DNA of 42,280 nucleotides from Alphaproteobacteria bacterium (GTDB lineage: Bacteria > Pseudomonadota > Alphaproteobacteria > UBA8366 > GCA-2717185), in assembly GCA_047631095.1 (NCBI GenBank), contig JBLHZD010000003.1, positions 1-42,280 on the forward strand. Reading direction: 5' to 3'. Within the stretch, counting starts at the first letter, position 1, and the number at the start of each line of letters is the position of its first letter. Under the pieces are notes generated by a model that saw only the letters and a list, made by a program, of their open reading frames with translations, made no database searches and had not been told where the DNA came from. Shown in pieces: positions 35,251-42,280 of the stretch. A program made the position numbers and the translations under genes.

Positions 35251-35314
35251 CAAAAAATCAAATCGGCGCTTGTTTGATAAGCCAAAAAGTCAAAGCGGCG
35301 CTTGTTTGATAAGC
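35251..35314. repeat. 2 x 32-bp tandem repeat, each unit internally palindromic
   Basis: CAAAAAATCAAATCGGCGCTTGTTTGATAAGC / CAAAAAGTCAAAGCGGCGCTTGTTTGATAAGC (2 mismatches); RTCAAA-N10-TTTGAT in each. Confidence 0.9.
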
Positions 35315-35338
35315 GACGCCGGACGGACAGAAGAGTCA

Positions 35339-36259
35339 GTGAACCTATATTTGCCAATCGCCGAAATGTCGGTGAATGTTTTTCTACTCCTCGGCATGGG
35401 CGTCGGGGTTGGCATGCTGTCGGGAATTTTCGGCGTCGGCGGCGGATTTTTGATGACGCCGCTTCTGATCTTTATTGGCATCCCACCCGCCGTAGCCGTC
35501 GGCACCGAAGCAAACCAGATTGTCGCATCCTCCGTTTCCGGCGTTCTCGCGCATTGGCGCCGTGGCAATGTTGATTTCAAAATGGGCTCGATCCTGTTGG
35601 TCGGCGGCATCGCCGGTTCAACCTTCGGCGTCTTTCTATTTCAGTATTTACGTTCCCTTGGTCAAATCGACCTGGTCATCATGTTGTCCTATGTCGTTTT
35701 CCTGGGCTCCATCGGCAGCCTGATGCTGGTCGAAAGTTTGCGCTCGATGCAACGCAGCCGCAGGCCCGGCGGCTCGCTCCGAAAACTGCACCAACATAAT
35801 TTTCTACACGGCCTCCCGTTCAAGATGCGCTTCCGGCGCTCGAAGCTGTATATCAGCGCGATCTTGCCGCTCCTGATCGGATTTGTCGTCGGCGTGTTAT
35901 CCGCCATCATGGGCGTCGGCGGCGGCTTTGTGATGGTGCCCGCCATGATTTATCTGCTGGGCATGCCGACGGCGGTCGTCGTTGGCACATCGCTGTATCA
36001 AATCATTTTCGTCACCGCTAACGCGACCTTCCTGCAGGCGATGCTCAACCAAACGGTGGATATCGTACTGGCGCTTTTGCTGCTCTTTGGCGCGGTGATT
36101 GGCGCACAATTGGGAACACAGCTCGGCTCGAAATTAAATGGCGAGCAGTTGCGTGGATTGCTGGCGCTGATGGTTCTAACCGTATGCGGGAAAATTCTGT
36201 TTGACCTGGTGTCGACGCCGGATGATTTGTTTTTCCTGATCAGCGGCGAGGGGCATTGA
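35339..36259 (+). CDS. TauE/SafE family membrane transporter (TSUP)
   Basis: Probable GTG start giving MNLYLPIAE; duplicated GVGGGF motifs; HWRRGNVD. Confidence 0.92.
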   Translation: MNLYLPIAEMSVNVFLLLGMGVGVGMLSGIFGVGGGFLMTPLLIFIGIPPAVAVGTEANQIVASSVSGVLAHWRRGNVDFKMGSILLVGGIAGSTFGVFLFQYLRSLGQIDLVIMLSYVVFLGSIGSLMLVESLRSMQRSRRPGGSLRKLHQHNFLHGLPFKMRFRRSKLYISAILPLLIGFVVGVLSAIMGVGGGFVMVPAMIYLLGMPTAVVVGTSLYQIIFVTANATFLQAMLNQTVDIVLALLLLFGAVIGAQLGTQLGSKLNGEQLRGLLALMVLTVCGKILFDLVSTPDDLFFLISGEGH

Positions 36260-36993
36260 TGGCGCGTCTCGCCCTGTTCGCCGCCTTGCTCTTTTGGTGC
36301 GTTAGCCCAAGCCGCGCACAGCCCGTCATTGCGGATGTCTCTGAACATTTTGTCGGAATTACCGCCGATTTCACGGGCGCTAAAATCCTGTTTTTTGGCA
36401 CGACGACCGGGCCCGGAAATATCGTGGTCGTCATACGAGGCCCGTCTCGTGACATCGAAGTGGGCGCCAAGGTTCAACGCGCCGGAATCTGGATGAATGG
36501 CGAGAGCGTAACGATCAAGAACGCGCCTTCTTTTTACCGCGTCCTGTCGACAAAGCCTCTGGACGAATGGTTGCCGTTGGACGTTCGCGAAGAAAATGAG
36601 ATTGGCGTTGAATATCTTGACCTGCAACCCGCCACTGATGTCGGGCCCGCAAAAGTGGCCAATTTTCGATCTGCACTCATCCGCAATATGGAAAAACTTG
36701 GGTATTACGGACAGGCCGAGGGCGAATTAAAGGTCTTGGGCGGGCGGTTGTTTCGCACGCATATCTTTTTACCATCCAACGTCCCCACGGGCGATTACGT
36801 CATTCGCACCTACCTTGTGCACGAAGGCCGCGTCACCGATATAGAAGTCACGCCGCTGAACATAAACAAAACCGGCATCGGCGCGGAAATTTACCGGGTC
36901 GCCTATGAACATGGTGCGTTGTATGGTGTGGCGGCGATCGTTATCGCGGTTCTGGCCGGACTCGGCGGCAACGCTGTATTCCGTAAAACCTGA
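36259..36993 (+). CDS. TIGR02186 family membrane protein
   Basis: ITADFTGA, VIRGP, GIWMN, APSFY, LFRT, LPSNVPTG; TGATG translational coupling to tauE, its usual alphaproteobacterial partner. Confidence 0.88.
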   Translation: MARLALFAALLFWCVSPSRAQPVIADVSEHFVGITADFTGAKILFFGTTTGPGNIVVVIRGPSRDIEVGAKVQRAGIWMNGESVTIKNAPSFYRVLSTKPLDEWLPLDVREENEIGVEYLDLQPATDVGPAKVANFRSALIRNMEKLGYYGQAEGELKVLGGRLFRTHIFLPSNVPTGDYVIRTYLVHEGRVTDIEVTPLNINKTGIGAEIYRVAYEHGALYGVAAIVIAVLAGLGGNAVFRKT

Positions 36994-37022
36994 ACCCTTT
37001 ATCTCTATCTCCACGAGAGTTC

Positions 37023-37298
37023 ATGACTTTCACTTCTGGATCTCCCGAAATGACCGAAGACAAGACTCACGACACTGACGTGTTACTGGACGTAACCGGA
37101 TTTCAATGCCCGATCCCGGTGTTGAAGGCGCGCCGCGCGGTTCGAAACATGACGCCCGGTGATATTTTGACCGTTCTAGCCACGGACCCCGCGTCGATGA
37201 TCGACTTCAATCATTTTTGCAACACTACCGGACATGAACTGCTTGATTCGTCGGAATCCGACGACATTTACAAATACGTCATCCGCGTCACCGAATAA
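37023..37298 (+). CDS. TusA family sulfur carrier
   Basis: LDVTGFQCPIPVLK (CPxP), ATDPAS..DF..FC; alternative start at 37050. Confidence 0.92.
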   Translation: MTFTSGSPEMTEDKTHDTDVLLDVTGFQCPIPVLKARRAVRNMTPGDILTVLATDPASMIDFNHFCNTTGHELLDSSESDDIYKYVIRVTE

Positions 37299-37306
37299 TA
37301 AGCCAA

Positions 37307-38569
37307 TCACACGCCAATAATGATGGCGCGAAAATCATTGACGTTGGTTAAGGTTGGCCCCGTCATAACCAGATCATCCAGCGCTTCAAAAAAACTGTAA
37401 CCGTCATTGTCCGCCAACCTGGCGCGGGCGTTGACGCCAAGCTTCGCAGCACGGGCCAAACTGTCGGGGGTCATGATTGCGCCCGCATTGTCCTCACTGC
37501 CATCGATACCATCCGTATCGCCCGCCAGAGCGAAAACCGGCGCATCCACACCCTCCAACGCAACCGTCAACGCCAGAAGAAACTCGGCGTTTCGGCCGCC
37601 CCGCCCCTGCCCTTTCACGGTCACGGTCGTCTCCCCACCAGACAGGATCACGGCGGGTGGGCGAACAGGCTGGCCATGTCGCGCAACCTGCCGCGTCACG
37701 CCCGCGAAAACCTGCGCGGCTTCCCGCGCTTCACCCTCGATCGCGTCCCCCAGGATTACCGGTGAAAGACCATGCCGCCGCGCAACGACCGCCGCCGCCT
37801 CCAGCGAGGCTTGCGGGGTCGCGATCATCACGACCTCACTTTTCGATACCCCGGAATCGCCCGGCTTTGGCGTCTCCGCCTCGGCCCGATTCAAGGCCGC
37901 CATAACCGCGTGGTGATCCGTCAGTTTGTATTTCTCCAGGATCGCCCGCGCATCGCGTAATGTAGTAGGGTCGGCGACGGTGGGACCGGACGCGACCACC
38001 GCTGGATCATCACCGGGCACATCTGAAATCATCAAGGAAATAACCCGCGCGGGCGCCGCTGCAGCCGCCAGACGCCCGCCCTTGATCGCCGAGAGATGCT
38101 TTCGCACACAGTTCATTTCTGTGATGTTGGCGCCAGAGCGCAGCAACCCCCGATTAACCGCCTGTTTGTCCGCCAGGGTTAACCCGGGCGCAGGCGCCGT
38201 CATTAACGCAGAGCCGCCGCCAGAAATCAGGCACAGGACCAAATCATTCTCGGTTAACCCCTGCACCATTTTTAGAATCCGCGCCGCCGCCTTCGCGCCC
38301 GCTGCATCTGGAACCGGATGCGCCGCCTCGACAATTTCAATCGACTCACACGCCACGGCATGGCCGTATCGTGTGATGACCAAGCCTTCTAGCGGGCCGG
38401 ACCAGTGCTGTTCCACCGCACGCGCCATGGCGGCGGACGCTTTTCCCGCGCCAACGACGATGACGCGCCCTATCGGCGGCGGCGGCAAATGCGCCGCCAC
38501 GCAACGCTCCGGTTTGGCCGCATCAATAGCGGCGGAAAACATTTCCAAAAGAATATCGCGGTAATTCAT
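37307..38569 (-). CDS. Glycerate 2-kinase (MOFRL/TtuD family)
   Basis: GAGKASA, ISGGGSAL, SDVPGDD, GGETTV, GGRN, DTDGIDG, TNVNDFR. Confidence 0.94.
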   Translation of the reverse strand: MNYRDILLEMFSAAIDAAKPERCVAAHLPPPPIGRVIVVGAGKASAAMARAVEQHWSGPLEGLVITRYGHAVACESIEIVEAAHPVPDAAGAKAAARILKMVQGLTENDLVLCLISGGGSALMTAPAPGLTLADKQAVNRGLLRSGANITEMNCVRKHLSAIKGGRLAAAAAPARVISLMISDVPGDDPAVVASGPTVADPTTLRDARAILEKYKLTDHHAVMAALNRAEAETPKPGDSGVSKSEVVMIATPQASLEAAAVVARRHGLSPVILGDAIEGEAREAAQVFAGVTRQVARHGQPVRPPAVILSGGETTVTVKGQGRGGRNAEFLLALTVALEGVDAPVFALAGDTDGIDGSEDNAGAIMTPDSLARAAKLGVNARARLADNDGYSFFEALDDLVMTGPTLTNVNDFRAIIIGV

Positions 38570-38667
38570 AAGCCCCAGCTTCCATCGTTTCGATCACAAA
38601 ATATTCGCTGATGGGCCCTGAAGGAAAGCCGTAATATAATAGGGCGCAATTCAAACAGGAGGCCGCC

Positions 38668-39111
38668 ATGGAATTTTCTCTGCACCGTGACTTTTTATCG
38701 ACCTGTATCGAAGTTTGTCGGTTCTCTCTGTGCCGAGTGCTGTTAAACGACGACAGCAATTTTCCGTGGGTCATCCTGGTGCCGGAGCGCCTTGAGATGC
38801 GGGAAATACACGATTTAGCCCCTGCCGACCGCGCCTTGTTGATCGAAGAGATCGCCTCCGTATCATCCGCAATGTCGACAGCCTTCAACGCCTACAAGAT
38901 TAATGTTGGAGCGCTTGGTAACGCCACGCCGCAACTCCACGTTCACGTCATCGTTCGTTACAAAAATGATCTAGCGGGTCTGGGGCCAGTCTGGAACGCT
39001 GCGCCGCCAGCGCCATACGCAAAAAATGACCAACTGGAAATGGTGAAACGATTACAGGGCGTACTATCGTCAGATGGCGTGCTCAATTGCACCGACGCGG
39101 GGTCGGGCTAA
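38668..39111 (+). CDS. HIT family protein
   Basis: FPWVILVP, KINVGALGNATPQLHVHVIVR. Confidence 0.9.
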   Translation: MEFSLHRDFLSTCIEVCRFSLCRVLLNDDSNFPWVILVPERLEMREIHDLAPADRALLIEEIASVSSAMSTAFNAYKINVGALGNATPQLHVHVIVRYKNDLAGLGPVWNAAPPAPYAKNDQLEMVKRLQGVLSSDGVLNCTDAGSG

Positions 39112-40835
39112 ACGTCCATATAATTTGCAATATCCACAGCATCGATTTGCGCTGGATCCAGGAACAGATCCGCATATTCCCGCCACACGCCCGACGTCAG
39201 GAACAAATCAAACAAATCGGGATCAATATGCGCATCCTTCTTCATGAAACACATAATTTGTAGGCAGTCGCTTAATTTTTTCGCCTTTTTATAAGGCCGG
39301 TCCGACGCTGTTAGCGCCTCAAATATATCCGCTATCGCCATCATCCGCGCGGGCCATGACATTTGATCTCTGGTTAAACCGTTTGGATAACCCGTGCCGT
39401 CCATTTTCTCATGATGCCCACCAGCAATTTCTGGTACGCGCTTTAAATGCTTCGGAAAGGGTAGTTGTTCCAACATGGAAATCGTAACCGTTATGTGGTC
39501 GTTAATTTTTTCCCGCTCCTCAGCGGTAAGCGTTCCCCGCTGAATCGATAAATTATAAAGTTCCCCAAGGTTATAGTTTTCCGTCTTTTGATCCTGCCGG
39601 TCCGCAAGCAAAAACTCCTGCGCCGGGACATTTCCGGCGTCACTTCCCTTCGTCCGGTCCACTTCCTCCCAGGACAACCCAAGCGTCCGGTCAAAATATC
39701 GGGTCCAGCTTTGCGCGCCAATCACCACAATCTTTTCTGCGGTTTCCGGATTCAGAAATTCACCGCCCATATTCGTTTCCGCGATCAACTTGAATTCGGC
39801 TTCCAGCTCGGCGCAACGCGCCGCAAATTACGCCTCCAGCACCGCGTCTTCTTCTTCCCGGCTCGCCTTTTTCTTCCACATTTCGATTTCTGCGTCTCGG
39901 CGAAGCACCTCGAACCGCGTTCGTATTTCATGAATCCGGTTATAAATCGTCTCTAATTTCGTCGCTTTATCGACAACGTATTCCGGCGTCGTCACCTTGC
40001 CGCAATCGTGCAACCATCCCGCAAGGTGCAATTCGTACCATTCATCTTCATTCAGGTTAAAGTCGGTGAACACGCCCTCCGTTGACGCGCAAGCGGCCTT
40101 TGCGAGCATTTCCGTCACCATAGGCACCCGCTGACAGTGCCCGCCCGTGTAGGCGGATTTTGCATCAATAGAGCCCGCGATCAATTCAATGAAACTGTCC
40201 AATAATTTCTTCTGCGCTCGCAACAGCATGTCATTTTTAAGCGCCACCGCTGCCTGACTGCTTAACGCCTCGATAACCGGTTGAATGTTGGGGCTAAAGG
40301 GAACGACCTTATTTTCAGCGTCCCGGGCGTTTATCAACTGCAGGACACCAATCAAAGAATTCTGGCGCGTCGTTAACGGTACGGTCAGAAAACTCATGGA
40401 GCGATATTCCGTTTTCTGATCAAAGGCGATGGTGCCGCTAAAATCAAATGTAGACGTTTCTTCATAGGCGTCGGGAATGTTGACCGTCGTCTTGGTCAAG
40501 GCAACCGCGGTCGCGACATTGGAATAGTTGGGGGCGCCGTCCGGTTTGGTCAGAGATAGCGGTGAAAACGGAATTTCAACACCCGTCGCGCCGCCCTGAG
40601 CAATATTAAGCGTATCGTTCCGCATAATTGCGAACGCCAGGCCCAGACCATCCTCCGTTAACAGGTACAGTGTTCCGCCATCCGCACTACAAATGCGCTT
40701 GGCTTCAAGAAGGATCATTTCCTGCAAACGGTCGACGTCGCGCTCGACGCTCAAGGCAATGCCAAGCTTAATCAACCGCCGAAACGTAGAGGCGTCGTCG
40801 CTCGCTATGTCACCTGGGTCGGAATCCGCCATCAT
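39108..40835 (-). pseudogene. GAF + HD-GYP phosphodiesterase interrupted by one in-frame TAA (39828-39830)
   Basis: The two ORF-track pieces share one frame: ...VLEA*FAARCAELEAEFKLIAETN...; motifs GHCQRV, LHDCGK, HHEKMDGTGYP and ADIFEAL are present; start uncertain (40835 to 40928). Confidence 0.85.
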
Positions 40836-40997
40836 ATCAAAGTTGACTCGCCGCCATCCATTTACAGGGCCCGGTATGTCGCCGCTATGTATTGGTTTGA
40901 AAGGCGGCGCGCCGAGCTTTCCACTCAACTTTTGCTCTTAATCCACATTGACAACGTTACGTTATCAGACCGCCGGATAGAAAGGAACGTTATCGTC

Positions 40998-42162
40998 CTA
41001 TTTCGTCGTCGCCACAAAGACGCCATCCCAATCCTTTGAAGGCGGGGTTTCCAAATAATCTAGAATTCTTTCTTCATATAGATCGTAAAATTCACTAATT
41101 TCGCCGTTCGCTTTTTTTCGACATTCCGCGATCAACCGACGAGCTTCCTCCCAATCCTGCCGTCGATACGCACACAACATCGCATCATGAGTTTTCTTGT
41201 GGTCGATGAAGTCCGCGCGCGCGGCGCGCTCAGCATTTCCGTACAAACAGAATATTGTAACGGCTTCAGTTTTACCCTTTACCGCGATAAGGTCCAATTC
41301 AAGCGTCGCAAACTGATCGCCAATTTGGATAACCGTTTCCTCGCCCAGCACCGTATCAACGCCATAACTTTTTGATTGTCCCTCCAACCGCGCCGCCAGG
41401 TTCACCGGGTCCCCCAACACAGAATAATCAAAGCGCTGATCTGATCCCATATTCCCGACCACACATTCGCCGGTATTAATGCCAATGCCGACGTTAAGCG
41501 GCAAATATGGCTCCCCCGCTTCCGCGGCCTCTTTCTCCCGTTCATTGTTTAGGCTTTCGAGTGCAACATACATTTGTAGCGCTGATGCACAGGCGTCCGC
41601 CGCATGGGTTTCATCGTCAAGTGGCGCATTCCAAAACGCCATGATGCAATCCCCCATGTATTTATCGATGGTGCCCCGTCGATCGAGGATGACATTCGTC
41701 AATGGCGTCAAAAGACGGTTTATCAACCGCGTTAGGCCATGCGGATTCGATTTGAACGTTTCTGAAATCGTCGTAAATCCGCGAACGTCGCAAAACAGAA
41801 ACGTCATCTCTCGTGTTTCGCCGCCCAACTGCAAACGCTCCGGCTCATCGGCCAATTGTTCGACAAGCGCGGGCGACAAATATTGCGCAAAAGCGGATCG
41901 CACCTGTTTCTTTTCCGATTCCGTACGAACATAACTGATCAAGGATCCCGACAAATAGACGATTAAGACGGCGACGGATGGGTAAATGGAATCAATCAAC
42001 TGCTGTTGCTGAACATAAGCGTACCACGACCCGCCAAAACTGGCGCCCACGGACATCGCCCCAATAGCAGCGCACCAAACCGCGCCTAGCCGGGGCAACA
42101 AATATATCAGGAGGCAGCCCACGATAGCGATATAGGTAAACTCAATCGCAAGCGCATAATCC
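40998..42162 (-). pseudogene. Membrane-bound class III adenylate cyclase (CHASE2-type), 5' part cut off by IS insertion
   Basis: FCDVRGFT, IDKYMGD and DYSVLGDPVNLAARLE (K/D adenine specificity); the frame continues upstream as DYALAIEF and stops at the IS end at 42163. Confidence 0.85.
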
Positions 42163-42280
42163 GAGGGTGTTCAGAATTCCGTGTCATTGGCGTAGTTTAA
42201 ATATCCAACACGTCATCTAACCTGCCGTCAAAATAGATTGAGAGCTGGGACAGTGTCAAATTCCAGTTTTGCAGCGGCAT
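42163..42280 (-). mobile_element. Right end of an IS256-family insertion sequence
   Basis: Terminal IR-like GAGGGTGTTCAGAATTCCGTGTCA (42163-42186) just after a transposase stop codon; abrupt loss of cyclase coding. Confidence 0.85.
42197..42280 (-). CDS. IS256-family transposase, C-terminal 27 aa (partial; not in the ORF track)
   Basis: MPLQNWNLTLSQLSIYFDGRLDDVLDI* matches the typical IS256 C-terminus (W)TMP..NW...LSQL.I.F.GRL. Confidence 0.87.
   Translation of the reverse strand: MPLQNWNLTLSQLSIYFDGRLDDVLDI

Noticed and set aside
35251-35314. CRISPR array
   Set aside because: There are only two units, directly adjacent with no spacer, and no cas genes.
39828-39830. Recoded stop (Sec/Pyl) or programmed frameshift in the HD-GYP gene
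   Set aside because: The codon is TAA, which ends many other genes in this window; the frame is unchanged and the position is in a helical linker, not at a catalytic Cys.

Overview
This is an alphaproteobacterial chromosomal segment, probably Rhodospirillales-like given the 25-aa RpoB insert and the gene order. Bases 1-17.5 kb hold the core translation/transcription cluster on the minus strand: tRNA-Tyr, tRNA-Gly, tuf, tRNA-Trp, secE, nusG, rplKAJL, rpoBC, rpsL, rpsG, fusA and the start of a second tuf. It includes recognisable L1 and L10 autoregulatory leaders and an RpoC with an unusual ~55-aa insertion. After rlmB, a class V aminotransferase and tRNA-Thr(TGT), the region becomes accessory. 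It holds a porin/solute-binding protein/permease metal-uptake operon with no ATPase gene behind a perfect 28-bp Zur-like palindrome, a DUF1127/GcvA pair, and a C-C lyase/class II aldolase/PanE-like/CoA-transferase cluster. It also holds an orphan Mo-hydroxylase large subunit, an orphan promoter with a candidate sRNA, amidase and DadA genes, a rhodanese-TauE-TIGR02186-TusA cluster, glycerate kinase and a HIT protein. The window ends in a damaged cyclic-nucleotide module: a GAF-HD-GYP gene with one in-frame TAA and an adenylate cyclase cut by an IS256-family element that the ORF track misses. All calls come from reading the sequence; no searches were run.
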